A DNA stretch of 64,000 nt from Euglena gracilis (GCA_039621445.1 CP154954.1:28638417-28702416); one strand, 5' to 3'; shown: positions 37,801 through 51,631, numbered from the stretch's first letter. Notes: generated by a model not told the origin, from the sequence alone. Numbers and translations: made by a program.

Positions 37801-40800
37801 ATGTGTATACCCGATATCAATTTTTCCGCAATTTTTCCGCAATTTCCGCAATTTTTCCGCAATTTTTCCGCAATTTTTCCGAAGGCCTCCGATATCAATT
37901 ATTCCCCCCCCTGTATTATTTCCATTTGACAAAAAATTGAATAATTTGAAAACAACACTCCAAGAAATTCTTGCACCTTTGTCCATCTCCAGGTCGACGA
38001 TTGAACTCGGGATGTGGGACCCATATGTGTGTGGCTTCCTGCGTCAGCCTTTCGAAAGCCTCGTGCAGGAACCTTCGCTGAGTTGCAGCGAGGTTCGCAA
38101 TGCAACCTCACACCAAACGCCCTTGCCCGAGCAGCAAAAACAATAAATCCCAACTCCCCAACCTGATGCATGCCAAATCTCTGAAAACCTCACCCACCGT
38201 TCCCAGACAAGCCAGGATGAGGACCACCTGCCCCACCTGGCCCAACGTCAAACCCTGGCGGGAGCGGCCTCCCACGGGTCCTTGCATTGGGTGGTGCCCA
38301 TACCAACGTTTGCCTTCCGTCCGAATGCACAGTTGTGGACCCCATTTTTTTTGGACCTTTGGATGTCCTGGCGGGGAGTTCGACCCACCTTTTCCCCGGT
38401 GGTAAGCTTCGCTCTTGCTCAACAGAGATAAGAGCTCAGCGACCCCCTCCCCCTATTTGCCCCACCCCCCAAATTGGCCAGAGCCCAGTTGGCCAATTGG
38501 GGCAGGGGTTAGGGGCCTCGGGTGGTCCGCACACCACCGTCTGACCTGAAGACAGGGAAGAGAACCTTTGTTGGCTGACCTCCCAATGGCGCCCGGCCCG
38601 GGCCACGATGGGAGGGGTGCCTGGGCGGCCAACCTGGGGGCCCGGTTCACAGGTGGCGGATTTTGAGGGGGGGCATGGACAAAATAAACCAAGAGAGGGC
38701 AGTGCCACGGGTGATATATGGGCGATTGTCAAACACGGATGATGCTTACAACTCGGAGTGTTGTTAATTCCATGCGCACATCTCGCACAATGAAATGGAC
38801 CCAGTGCTGCTTCGGCTGCTTCGGCAAGTTGAGAAAATGTGGCCCTCACATGTTTCCCTTTCCCTCTGCCTCTCCACCCGTCCCCCTAACCCAGGATTAG
38901 GGGGTACTTTTTTCAGGTGTAAGTTTTCAATTTTTTTTTTTCAGGAGCCTTCAACAATACCCCCTGCTTCAGGCCCTCCGCATACCTATCTCCCGTGATG
39001 GTGCGCCAGCAGCGCTGCTCCTAGTAGGGGGCCTGCCGTTGGCCCCCGATCCCCCCTTTCCCTCCCGGCAGAGAGGGAACTGGTCCCACCTGTGCCCGCG
39101 TCGGTGTGTTTCTGGTGCAAAATTCTCATTAGTTGGACGACCGTTGGCCGAAAAAATGGCCGTAACTCTGGCTCCACGAAGAGTCGGGGAAAAAGTCAAG
39201 CATGGTTGGTGGTGATTTTTGGTCCTCCTTTGATTTTGCTTCATTGTCGAGATATTTTGAAAAAATCGATTTTTGACCGAAAAAAAAACAGCCCCAAAAC
39301 ACCCCAAAATGGCTGTTTTGGGCCGCAAAACTGAGCCATATGGGGCGGCGATAGCGGGTCTCCAGGGGCACATTTTGTGTGAACGACACTTGCGGAAATG
39401 CGCCCGCCCATCCCCGTTCCCTTTCAAGCCCGCCCACGGCCCGACCACTTCATCCCCACTCGCCCCAGTCGCTTCGGGTGCCTTGCCCTTGCCCTTGCCC
39501 CCTCCGGCCAGCTTGCCTCCTGGGGGTGCCCCCCGCCGGGGGTGCCCTTGGGGCCTTCAGCATCCCCTGGCTGGGGAGGCAGGGGCGGCGCACCTCTATA
39601 TGGGCTGGGTGGCCGCGGCTTGTCTTCACAGCACAGTCAGCGAAGTTAGGCAGGGCACAGCTAGCCACGGAGCTCCCTGCAAGCACTCCCTGCACGTTTC
39701 AACCGCTTCAATCGTCTAAAGACTGAAATTGGAGCTTTCCCACCAATTTATTTTGATTTTTTTTCTTCAATGTGCAACTGATTCCTTGTTTGATACATAG
39801 TTCCAGAACTACCAGGTGTTTTTGCTTGCTTCCCCCCCCCCCCCCCGAAGGCACCTAGTAACATGCTTGTTTGAATTGAATTCTTTTCTGAATTCGATAA
39901 TCACGATGCCCAAGCACCGAAGTGGGGCTGATGAGAAAAAATATACCTGGTGTTTACACTCCTTCCCAATGGAGTGCTTCCCACCACCGAAATAAGCATT
40001 CTAGAATTGTCATCAATCATCAATGTATATCGTTTCTCTTCTTCTTCTTCTTCTTCTTCTTCTTCTTCTTCTTCTTCTTCTTCTTCTTCTTCTTCTTCTT
40101 CTTCTTCTTCTTCTTCTTCTTCTTCTTCTTCTTCTTCTTCTTCTTCTTCTTCTTCTTCTTCTTCTTCTTCTTCTTCTTCTTCTTCTTGCAATCGCCCAGA
40201 GTGTTGCCCGGCTGAGGTGTGCCCTGGACAGACTCACAGGACGATGGCCATCCACCTCTTGGCATTGCCATCCTTGACGCCCTGGCAGTGTGCACGTTAG
40301 GTCTCCTGCCGGGGCCTCAGCAAGCGTGTTGCTGGGGGGCCTCACCAGGCACCTCCAGTGAATGTTCAATGAATGACATATCTTGATGAATCCTGACAGG
40401 TGATTCCTTATGCCACCCTATCTTGTTTGGGGGTCCAGCCAGCTAGCACCTTTTTTTCCAGCCAGAAGCTCCCAGCCGGGCTGCGGACCCCCCCCCCCCC
40501 AGGGTCGGTGTTAACAAAGCCCGGCAAAGCTGGGCTTGACATAAAATTTTTCATCGAAAGTTTTTGGAAAAAGGGATCAAAAATGGACATTTTTGAGGGT
40601 TTTTTTTGGAGGGGGATTACCTCAAAAAACTTGGCTGGATTTGGGCTTTTTTTCTGATGCCAGTCAGGTCCAGCCTGGCAGCCAGTGGGATCCACCCCCT
40701 CTGCACCCCCCACCTGGGGGTTTTTTGGCTAGCCTGCACCTTTTTTTCCAGCCGGCTGCCCCCCCCCCCCGGTTTCTGAGAAATCTCCTGATCCCAACAA

Positions 40801-43800
40801 TCTTCACAACAATATCCGCAATATTTTGGCCCGTAGGGTGCACACATGGGTTTTCCCAAATCCGTATGTGCCTGGAGGTGCGTGGGTTCCACCGCCCCCA
40901 GAATGACTCCCCTCCATGGTTCCAGGAATTCAGCTGGAGTGAGCTGTGGCGTCAGTCTCCTGTTCGCTCTCTTTGAGGGGGGATTTGGTACTCCATCTTG
41001 AACTGGTTCACACCGGAAAGAATAATCCAGCCTTTCAAGCTAACGACTAAACCTTTGTGAACATTTTGCCATGTTTGCCATTTTTGCCAGATTTTACTGT
41101 TTTCTTTGCAGTTGTTGAAAGCAATCCATTAATTGCTTTATGTGAATTCAAACCTCTTCCTGGGGGAGTCCAAAAAGAACTTACTTTTGGGCTCAAGATC
41201 ATAACATTGCTCAACACCGTCCCACCCCACCCCCGGGGGGGGGGGTTGACTGACTGTTTTTCCGGCCAAGACTCCTCCCCCGGGGTGGGGTCCCTGAAAA
41301 TGAAAAGTGTCTGGCCTGGCGCCGAAGGCACCGGAAATTTTTTGGGATTTTTTTGAGACTTTTTGGCAAGTGTTCATTGCCTCCTGAAGAGTGGCCAATC
41401 CCCCCCCCCCCGGGGGGGGTGAAGTGACTGACTGGTTTTTTGGGAAAAAGTGACTGACTGGTTTTTTCCGAGTGGAAAGTGACCCCCCCCCCCCCGGGAT
41501 CGCTAAGCAATGGTATGCTCAAGATCCCGCCAAGGATGTTTCGCTCAAAAAACGGCCCATAATTCCTTGCACCAAATGAGTTAAAGAATGTTCAAGATCT
41601 TTTGAACCGTTTTCCGGGTCGCTTGAATGACCGACCCCCGAGGGGTCAGTGGCTTACTGGTTCCCCAAAAGCCCCCTATTTCAAAGTGGAAGCAGACATA
41701 CTGTCACCAGGGGATGGTGGCACCCCCCTTTATCAGATCTCACCAACCTGGCTGTAACCCCAAATAAAGTTGGTCCAGAAAACCAGGTAATGCAAAGTGT
41801 CGAGCCGTGAAGCAAAACTGGTAGAAATATTTTGCAAAAGTCCAAATGGCAACCATGAGAGCTGAATTTGTATTCTTAAACCCACAGGGTGGTGGGTGGG
41901 TGTCGACACTGTCCCCCACCCTATCTTTGGTGGGTGGGGTGTATCCCATCCACACCCCCACCACCCTGGCCCGTTTTCCCAAGCCCAAAGTTTTTGTTTG
42001 GCTTTTTTTTGTGCGAAACAATGTTTTTTCAGGAGAAACACACACCTTTTTCTTTTGTTTTTTAACAATTTTTTTAATTGTTTTGAACTCAACCCCTCAA
42101 TCGAAAAAGGCGTGTTATTGGAAAAATTGAAAAAAATGCTCAAAATAAGCAAAAATGCAAACCGCATTTCCCCCCTCCAAAATCTGGAGGGGAGTTTGAG
42201 TAGGCTTAGGCTTCTGTTCGGCACTGTGTGCTAAATCCGAGAGGCTTCTTCTGTCGAGGAGGGAGTTTCAAATAGGGACATGGTGGTTTTCTCAGCGCAT
42301 TTTTTTGCTCTTTGACGCATTTTTTTTTCGTGATTTGCCCTATTTTTTCGCATTTTTGACCATTTTCACAATGTTTTGCATTTTTTATTTTGATTTTTTT
42401 TCAAATTGGTATACATCTCTTAAATCCATATAATTTTTGAAAATTTGGTGGCATTTTTACATATTTTTGTGTAATTTCTGCAGTTTTGTCATGCTTGTGC
42501 TTATTCTTTCAGGCTTTTGCACATGTTGTGCACCTTCTTCCATGCGCAAATTTTTGCGCATTTTTGCGATATTTTTGCGACATCAGGCTGGCGCCCGTAG
42601 CGCATCCCCCCCTTCCCCTGGGTTTTGACCAAACTGCATAGAAAACGAGCTTGTTGGGTTTTTTGTTTTTTCCCCTGCTTTTTTTTTGTGTTCTGCTGGC
42701 ACCATTTTTGACTTTGAAGACTTCAGCATTTTGTTTAAATAATAATTAAAGCTTATAATTATAAGCTTTCTGTGTCACCAAACCTTTTCCGCATTTTTTT
42801 TGGGATTGTGCAAGAATTTGCATGTAGAATCAGTCGTTTTATTTTTTTTGTTTCCCCTGGATGTAGGCTTAATGTCCATTTTTTTTTCATTTTCGGGATT
42901 CTTTTTAATAGATTAAAATCAGGCAAAAAAAGCTCTCTCTCATTAAAACTCCCATTTCCACCTCGGTATGCAGCCGGAGGAATCTTTTCCGGGCGGGGAA
43001 CCCCTGCCTTTCCCCCTGGGGGGGGGGAGGCTAGCCCAGTGTGTCTAGTGAAATGGCCAGCCATTGGACCCCTGGTGTCCTTTAGCAAAAGCCTGCCTGA
43101 AAACCTTAAAATTCATTTACATCGAAGTTTCGTTTTTTTTTTGCGTTGTGTTTTTCGTGCTGTTTTTTTTTTCTATTGTTGTATTGATTGTGTTTTCCAT
43201 TGTTTTCAAGGCTCCATGTTGCACCCTAACCTTGTGCATGGTCATCCCCGACTGAGGCTTTTTTGATATCCCACTGATTTGGTCGGAAAAATTCCAACTC
43301 AGATGTATTTATATGTTCTCTCCTGGGATGTTGGGAATCGGCCCAACCCAATTGGCCGCTGGCTGGACTGCCCTTCGCAAACCTCCGGGGAGGGGGGAGG
43401 GGTGCTTTTCCATGCCTGCCTTTCCCAGCAGGCTAACGGGCCAAGTTATGTTCAGATTCAGAGGGGGTTCACACTGCCCCGGTGCCCGGTGGGTTCAATG
43501 CCAGACGCTCTCCCCCTGCCCTAAGCTGCCCTGTGATGACCATCAGCACGGCGGGCGACTGTGACGTTGCTCACCGTGTCGCTGACGCCCCCCCCCCCCC
43601 TCACCAAGACACACACCTTGACTTCGACCCGCACCACACCGTGGCCTGGACGTGTTTGACCTTCCAATCATTGGCATCCTCACGCAGTCACACAGCAGGC
43701 GAACATCCTTCACGGCCAGCAAATGGTGCTGGACATTATGTGTTTTTATTGGCACAGGAACCCAGCTTGAGCAAAATTTCTTGAATCCTGAATTTCCTGT

Positions 43801-46800
43801 CACGCCTTGAGGTTTTTTTTTCAGTTTCGTGACTGGGGAGGAGGGGGTGGGGGGCTGGGTCCTGGGGGGTCGGACCGAGTGGGTTCCTTGCCAGAGGTGT
43901 GTCCTCTATTTCCGGCGGAAGCGCCAAAATTTTTTGGACCCAAAGTTGACCCCTCAAAAGTGGGTCCCCTGACCCCCCAGGAGGGGCAGGGTGGGTGGGT
44001 CCGCACCTCCGGGTCCTAAAAGAAACGTCTGCACCCCCCCCCAAACAAACTTCGCCCTTGCTTAGCTAATGGACCATCTATTTTTTTTTTGGCCCAGGCC
44101 GTGCAAAGGTATTTGGGAAATACCCAAACCCAAACCATTGATGGATGGATGGACGACTTTTCTTAAAGCGTCACACAACCTTACACATCAATTCATCGGA
44201 CAACATTACGTATACATTTACGGATACATTACGAACATTACAGATGATTCTACATTTGGATGATTTTTTTTTTGCGCACCACCTCCTCCTTTTTCAAAAA
44301 GGTGCACGTTCCTCACGTATTATTTTTCTTCCACAGCTGGAAAGCCTTCCCCTTTGCAAAGACATTTGGTTGCAAAGTCATTTGGAAGAGGGGGTTTTAC
44401 ATCCATTTGGGGGAGGGGGGCAGTGGACATTCATCAGGGGGGGGGGGAATGCAACTTGCATAATTTGCATTTTTTTTGCATTTTTTTGCATTTTTTTGCA
44501 TAAAATATTTTTCCCGGAAAAATTTTTGTAGGGTTGCCATATGTTTGAAATTTTTTGCATATTTTTGCATTTTCTACATAAAATATTTTGCCCTGGAAAA
44601 AAATTTTGTTGTTGGTTGCCATATTTATGGATTTTTTTGCATTTTTTTGCATTTTTTTGCATAAAATATTTTGCCCTGGAAATTTTTTTTGATCTTAGGC
44701 AGCAAAGCTCTGTTATATTCCAGCTTTTTCTCAGGTTTTCCATGCAAGTTGCATTTTTTTTTGCATTTTTTTTGCTTTTTTTTGCATTTTTTTTGCATTT
44801 TTTTGACTTGCATAATTTGAAGGGCCCAGTTGCATTTCCCCCCTCCCCCTGCATTCATTTGCCAAACAAACTGTGGTGGTTCAGGTCTGCAGGGAAACGA
44901 TGGGTTAGATACATCTTCACACAGGTAAAGGGAATACATGTCAGGTTTCAAGGTTTCATGCCAAGGCCTCCAAAGTCAGCCTCCCAGCTTTGATTTCATC
45001 AAAGCCTGGGCCAAAGCGCCGGGGGGGGGGTGAGGTCTGAGAGAGGCCAGAACTCTCAGGACCATTTCGCATTCTCGTGCCTCACACTTCACCGCGCCTG
45101 ATGTCACCCAGGGGGTTTGTGAGTTGATGGAGTCCCGCAAACACGTCTGGCCCATTGCGGTGTGGCCCGCAAGTCTGGACATCTTCCCGTTCCCCTTACC
45201 CGTTGAACACGAGGCGTGCAGTTGGATGTGATGGCTCATTTCTGTTTCAGTCTTTCGCTGTGATGATTGGTCTCATCCCACGCGTGATATATGGTCTCGG
45301 CCTCCAAAACTTCAGTTCTTTTTTAGGACCTGCCAAGGTCTTTGCCTGTGAACTTGCCTTTCCCATGCAGGCGGCCCAATCACAACCGTTAATTCGTGGT
45401 TCTTTCCATGGGGAGAGGGGGTGGGGGGATGGGTCTGGGCCTTGTCCCCAGGGCGGTTTGGCTCAGCCAAAGTTTTCACAGGAAACAATTTTTTGAGGAG
45501 TTTTCATGTCCCGAATGAAAAAAACCCTGAATTTTTTTTCAGAAAAAGTGAAGCCTAAAAAGTGAAACTGATGTTCTTTGTTAGATGTGTCTTCGCGCTT
45601 CAGCTTTTTAGGGTTTCTTTGTGCAATCACACAAACGAAGAGACATTTTTATGCCTTCTCGTCGCAAAAAGTGAGATTCACCCCCTGTTTTTCTTCCCAG
45701 CGGGGGCGTTGTGGGCTGGTTTTTTAGCGACCCAGAGAGATGTCCCAAATCTCCTTTTTTTCAATTTTTTTTTGTTTTCGGCGATCGACAGAGACGATGT
45801 TTTGAAGCTTGAGTATCACAAAAAACATGTGAAAAAAAATTCGAACGGAGCCGATTGGCAGTTCCTGAAACCACTGGCAGTTTCTGGAACTTTTTTTCCC
45901 TTGGTACTAGCAGCCTCGGAGCGTGCCCAAAACCTTGTGAAAAAAGGCCCACCATTTTTTTCAGTCCAGAAAAAACCTCATGAAAGATATTTCTGAAAAG
46001 CCCCATTTTGGCTTCCTCTGCACAGACTTGGACCAGGTGATGTGGACCAGGGGAGACAGTCCGGAGAAAGTCTTGACCGGCCAGCGGGGAAGGGCTCTGG
46101 GAGATGGTGGTGGAGGACGTGCAGAAGGATCTTTTTCAGGGTTTTTCATCTGAGGGATTTTCTTGTGAAAAAAATAAGAAACAATGGTACATTGCCGCTG
46201 AATGGGATATTGAAACAGTGTAAGTGTAAGTGTAAGCTCTTGCGCAATTGCACAAAGAAGTTAGTGTGCCCAGTTTTACCCCAAAAATGCATGTTTGGAA
46301 CGGTTTGTTCGCTCCGCAGAATTTTGCTTTTTTTATGACCAATTCCCCGAGATAGCACCAGGCATTACACCTCCTTTGGAATTCACGTGGGATATCAAGA
46401 CTTCAACCAGTTGTTCCGGAACTGGGACAACCGGAACCCATAAATAGACTGAATGATAATACAGATATTTTGGGAACAGGAGCCAAATGCTTGAAAGGGT
46501 GGAAGAAGAAGGGAGAGGGTATAACTTTTTTTCGTTTTGGAACCAAGTTTTTTGGTGCCTGTGATGATCAGAAAAGTTTACGGACTGGAATGTGTGGTCG
46601 GGGATCATCTTTGGGAAACTTGTTGAGTTTGCCCCGAATGGAGATGCTACAGAACAACGTACCCCGCACTGTGCAACCAGCGCTCTCTGTCAGGCGCAAG
46701 AAGCTCAAGATTCAACATGTCAACACAGCTGCCCATTTCGCTGTTACCTCGGCCACGTCTGTCCCATTGGGAAACTGTTCGAGTCGTCGACCGCTCACAA

Positions 46801-48236
46801 TCGCCATTTTGGGCAAATCAAGGCACCGAGTGCCCTGGTGCGCTTCCCGCCAGCTGGCACTTGGCACTCCCTGAACGCCTTCCTCAGACCTTGCCACATG
46901 TGCCAGCCACCTTGTGTGTGCGAGGCAGCCAGGGCCACCATGACGTGAGGGCTGCCCGATGGACCTCCACCTGCTGCCCCACTTCGCCGACGGGAAGTTT
47001 GATGTGCGGCTGCCGACCTACGCGGCCCGGCCGGGATTTACCGCACCGAGGAGGCTGTCTCTCTCACGCCAGATCCAAGCAGGCTGCAAATATGAACAAA
47101 ACGGATAGTATTTATCATGAAAAGAATATTTCATATTGAACTTAAAATTTATATGTGTTTTGATTAATGTTAAATCTTTTATCAAATTGTATATTTCATT
47201 TCGTTTTGTGTTTTTTTAATGTTGGTTTTGTTCCATAATATATTATTAAGCATTTGTTTTACAGAATTATCATTTGTTTTAATCTAATGGAATTTTTTTT
47301 TGCTTTCTGTGCGATTTTCCAATTTCCCGCCATTCCATTTGCCGCCATACCTCCCCCATCCAGTTCACCGTGCGTCGCGCCCCGGGCCTGGCCCATCACG
47401 CTCCATGGGCGGCAGGTGGAGCTGCCCTCCTCGTTCAGCCCCCCGCTGGAGCACGACCTGGCGGGGATGCTGCAGGCCCGCTGCCTGACCTCCGACCGCC
47501 AGCCCGCCGCTGCCGATGGGCGGCTGCCATCTCACAAGAGGGCGAAACGACCCCCGGTGTCCCGTTTGGGTTGCAGGGAACCAATGCATGGATGCCTTGC
47601 CGATGATCCTCACAATGCATTATCACATTTTTTTTTAATTTCCCCCCAAACCCTGCTTTTTTTCGAGCGTTGTAAAGCGTGGATTTTGCGTGCATTTTTT
47701 TTCATTGTTATGCTTTATTGTGCGCTTTTTTGATTTCTAGGTTTGCATATTTTGATGTTTCGCATTTTTTTTATTTTCCTGGGGTTTCCATACTTTCAAA
47801 TTTGATGTTTTCAAGTGAAAAAGATTCTGCGCTCCAAGGCCAAGGAAGGAAGACACTGTTCAGGTTCTCTAAAGGACAACGTGAGAGCCTGAGAGTTTTA
47901 GATTGGATTTTTCACCATTTCTTCTCTCATAAATACATGCAAAGTGCTAAAAATACATTGGCATGCAACTCCAAATGGAGCCCGTTGGCTTGGAGACGGT
48001 TGAAAACTTCCCTCAAATATTCCTGAGTGCAGTTTTAGGCACAAGAATGAGATCAGACCAAGAATCAAGTAGAACCTTGATTTAGACCAGTTTACACGTG
48101 GCACAAAGCGCCGAAGGAAAATTTTTCTGTTTTTTGGGAAGCCTAAAAGTGATGATTTTTTGGAGCCTCAGCCAGCAAAGAATCTAAATACTTGACGGGT
48201 TCACTGCGCCAAGCGCCCTCGTGTGTCCCAACGTTC

Positions 48237-48267
<31 letters not shown>

Positions 48268-48839
48268 ATCCGCCTCACGCCGAAGGGTGTTGAAGGCGGA
48301 AAAGGAGGAGGGCTGCCGAAGATTTGGATTCTTCCGCGACGTTCTCTGAGACGTCGCTCCAGCAGTCCCCTAACAATGACCCAGATGGTGACGCACTGGA
48401 GGCGGGCTCCGACCAGGCACGCTGCAGCCTTGCCAGAGCACGATCCTTGCTATCCTCTTCAGGGCGGTCCGTAAGGGATGGTGTTTTTTTTAAAGGAGGG
48501 GACCGGCCCCTCAAGGACCGCCCGCCCCCCTCCCCTCAATAACAGAAAGGCCCCTACACCACCGGTGTTTTTCAACACCTGCCAAGTGGGCATAGGAACC
48601 GATCTCCTACCCTTGGACCCACTGATCTGTCTCCTTTTTTTTTATTTACATTTTCCATATTTGTTGAAGTACGACATATTTCCCGAGTTAAAAAGGATTG
48701 CGGACAAATATTTGGAAAAAAAATTTTCCGATTTTTTTCGTCTGCAAGTGGGCCGAAAATGCTATATCCCCCCTCATTGTCCTCTGATCCTGTACTCGCT
48801 GACCTGTCCTCGTCGGGGCCTGCCTCCAAGGCACGTTGA
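28805..48839 (+). CDS. Unidentified multi-exon protein-coding gene (structure only partly resolved)
   Basis: Protein-like, repeat-free islands at ~28805-28899, 31707-31985, 32680-32800, 37960-38100, 39460-39700, 40220-40350, 40860-40970, 43540-43720, 46800-47024, 47395-47496, 48321-48456 and 48811-48839. Several are bounded by CAG(+4)/CTG(-8) ends. No family recognised, and this may be more than one gene. Confidence 0.4.
29775..30132. mobile_element. TA-flanked MITE, second copy
   Basis: TA|CCATGCCC...GGGCATGG|TA; interrupts a repeat whose uninterrupted inverted homolog lies at ~17350-17880. Confidence 0.75.
31707..31985 (+). CDS. Candidate exon ([35 protein letters not shown]...LLLVLPWAF)
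   Basis: gacCTGccgct| can pair with |attCAGgtc at 28900; GC3-biased frame; 3' end uncertain. Confidence 0.5.
34249..34511 (+). repeat. (ATCTAT)n microsatellite
   Basis: Seen directly. Confidence 0.97.
34512..34688. repeat. Fold-back palindromic element, same family as 20903-21120
   Basis: TGGACACCCT...AGGGTGTCCA ends and the same TAGGGTTAGG(T/C)GCGCACATG arms. Confidence 0.85.
34815..35083 (+). repeat. (ATAGAT)n microsatellite, reverse complement of the preceding tract
   Basis: Seen directly. Confidence 0.97.
36081..36486 (+). mobile_element. MITE family B (TIR CAGGGTTTGATATAAGG / CCTTATATCGAACCCTG)
   Basis: Imperfect 17-bp TIR, poly-C on both flanks; related sequence at 4280-4972, ~30645-31061 and from 53807. 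Confidence 0.85.
37391..37913 (-). mobile_element. MITE family A copy 2 (inverted)
   Basis: CAGGGG...CCCCTG ends; flanks TATTGTT/TATTATT; core is the reverse complement of copy 1. Confidence 0.9.
40037..40188 (+). repeat. (CTT)n microsatellite, about 50 units
   Basis: Seen directly. Confidence 0.98.
41200..41517. mobile_element. MITE family C copy
   Basis: CATAACATTGCT ... AGCAATGGTATG; perfect 8-bp TSD CTCAAGAT; internal sequence is the reverse complement of 4594-4896. Confidence 0.88.
46960..47024 (+). CDS. Candidate exon ([21 protein letters not shown])
   Basis: High GC3; CTG at -8 upstream, CGG at +4 downstream. Confidence 0.55.
47395..47496 (+). CDS. Candidate exon ([34 protein letters not shown])
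   Basis: High GC3; donor |cgcCAGccc pairs with gggCTGccgaa| at 48320 in phase 0. Confidence 0.6.
48321..48456 (+). CDS. Candidate exon ([45 protein letters not shown])
   Basis: Nonconventional ends on both sides; can join 48811-48839 (SSGPASKAR*). Confidence 0.55.
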
Positions 48840-51631
48840 CTACCAGTTGGATTTGGGCGATCTTTTTTTGGATCCATTTTTGGATTTTGGGGGGTCGACC
48901 CCCCCCACCACCTCTTCCCGTATTTCCGGTAACACCAATTTTTGGATCCCAAAAAATTTTCCCGGCGCCTTCGGCGCTGGGTGTATTTTTGACCTATTTT
49001 GGGACCCGTATAGGGGGTCCCCCCAAAAACCCCCCCAAACCCCATTTTTTTCACACCTTCCAAAATTTCAACATTGCTCAAAATTTTGATTTTGAGAGGT
49101 TATTGAAGCGAAAAATACCACCAAAAATCCAAAAATTTCCAAAGAGAAAAACTCTCAGTAAAATTCGAATGTTCCAAGATTTCGTCCCATTTTCTTGACC
49201 TGCATTTTTTGACCTCCTCCTAAAAAGTAATAATTTTCAACCCTAAAATTTTGAGATTTTTTTGGGAAAAAATGTGGGTTTCCATCAAAAAATCATGTAT
49301 TTTGGGTTCATTTTTCAAAATAATTTTCAAAAATTTTCCCCGGCTAAAATCCCTGTTTTCCCTGAATTGGTGAAAATCTGTGGTGGGTGGGGGGTCACCC
49401 CCCCACCTCCCAGGTGGGGGTCGACCCCCCCCCCCACCAGTCAATCACTTAGTCACTCGTCGACCCCCCCGGGGGGGGGGGAGGTGGTTGACTGGTTTTT
49501 TCAGAGTGACTGACTGGTTTTTGGCCCGGACCCCCTATTTGGCTTAGGCGGCGTAAATTGCCCATGAAAAAAATTGACTGGGCGCATTGGAAATCAACCC
49601 GAAAATAGCAACAAAGAAACCCCCCAAAATTTTTGGGTGCCAGAGTTGACTTGAAAGTTTTGGAGGTTTTTAATGGTGTAGGAGGGGAAGCGGGAATCTG
49701 CTTCCTTTTTGGGGGAAGCGAAAAAACGCTTCCCCCTGAACTTTTTGAAATAGCTAAAAGTGTACATATTTTTTTGAATTTTGACATCGGCGGAAGCGGA
49801 TTACCGCTTCGTGTGAAACTTTTTATAGGGAAGCAGTTTTCCGCTTCCTCCATTGCATATCACAACAAGTAGGCACCTTTAAGACTGGCATCAACCTCAT
49901 CAACATAAGACATCATCCAAAGTCTTAACCACATTAAAAAAAATTGTCACGAAAAGAAGCCTTATAACAGCAATCATCCGCTGGAAAACACAAGGCAGGG
50001 GAAGCGTGTTTCCGCTTCCTATGGGTGGGCCAGATAAAGTAGTTGCATGTGGGGAGCAGGTTCGGCGATGGCTGTTCTCGCCCTACACCACTTATATTGG
50101 GGACTGATATTGGTGACGACTTCAGTGCCCATCCACTGTTGTCCAACCCCTGGGTCAGTTATGGCTTCACGAGAGGTCTCCAGCGGCTTAATGGTGGCTG
50201 CCTGAATTGTGCTTGAAATGTGCCTGGACTCAGGCTGATTGTGGTGGTGCCATCTCGGATGGTTCTGAGAGCGGATGGGTGGTGTGTTTACATGGAACTG
50301 ATTGGGAAACCAAGGCAAAAAGGCCTCAATACAGGGATGTTGGTGATGACTTTGAGTGGGCTGTTTTGCTGTGAGTTGCTGGATGCCGTGTTTTGAGGCT
50401 CCTTTGAGAGGGAAAGTTGCCAGGTATGGATTAGTTTGCATGAGGCTGACACTGTGTCTACAGCAACAATGTGTTTCCACCAAGGCCACGGAGTTGTCTT
50501 GTTCAAGAAGGGAGGTGGCATAGAGCTGGACAATGGGTCAGGCACAATTGAGGGGGCTGAGGATCACTAAAGATTGGAACCAATCTCCTTAAACCCTGTG
50601 AAACCATTTTCCAGGTACATTCAGTGCTTAAACACAGTGTCCTGGATTAGGTTCTGTCATTGGTATGTGAAGGTGCCCCCAAATACCTGGTGTGCGGGGG
50701 TGGGAGTGATGTGCCAGAATCAAATTGTTGAATGCACCTGGGATTATGGGCGGCAGTGGAATCCGATAAACACTTCACACAAAAGTTGAATGAATGAAAA
50801 TGAAGCGGAAACCAGTTTCGTCAGGGAGGAAGCGGAATCCCGCTTCCTCCCTGTGCGGGAAGCGGTTTTGCGCTTTCTCTTTGGAAAGTGGTCCCCTGCT
50901 ACCCACAGGTGGTAGAGACAGCAGAAATGGGACGTGCAGAGACTGATTAGGCTGCCTGTGTGTCTCCGTGAGCCTTCTGGGAGTACGGTGAGTGTGCAGT
51001 TCACCAAGCCATGTGCGGCTGAGAGTCGTCGGTGGGCCTTGAGGACAAAGACAGCTCTCCGGAGCCCCTCTCCTGACCAGTAGGCGGAGGTGGGCCATGA
51101 ACATGGCCTGGGAGGAACAAATGGACGAAACCTCACGGATAAGACCCACCTGCCTGCGCTTTCGCCAGGGAAGAAAGGATTTGAGAGGGGGTTTGGGACA
51201 CAATTCCACATAGCTGGATATTTTTGGAGGGATTTGCATTGTCGGTCGGTGCTTAAGCAATTGCCTGTTCCAGGCAGGGCAGAATGGGAAGGCCTGGTGG
51301 GGGCACACAATTTTTTACCGACCCGGGGGGGAGGGGGGTCACTCCACTTTTCGAGAAACCAGTCAGTCACTACCCCTCCCCTCCCGGGGAGGTCGGCCAC
51401 TCTGGAATTTAAAGGAAATTTGACCCAAAACATGAAAAAAAGGGGCAAACTTAGGCGGCGTAAATTGCCCAAAAATTTTGGACTGTTTGAAGTGGAAAGT
51501 GGAAGAGGAGGAAGCGGAAAAACGCTTCGTCCGAACCCCCAAAATTTTTAGCTTTTCTTGGAAGAGGCTGTATTTGGGCCATTTCTGCCGGTGTTTTGGC
51601 TTGGAGTAACGAACCTCTATAGCAGACTGAA

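Noticed and set aside
34170-40369. Poly-DI/IS/YI, poly-E/K/S/R/L/F ORFs
   Set aside because: Translations of the (ATCTAT)n, (ATAGAT)n and (CTT)n microsatellites.
49960-50760. Repeat-free segment that might be a decayed reverse transcriptase
   Set aside because: Stops in all frames examined and no convincing YxDD or other motif.
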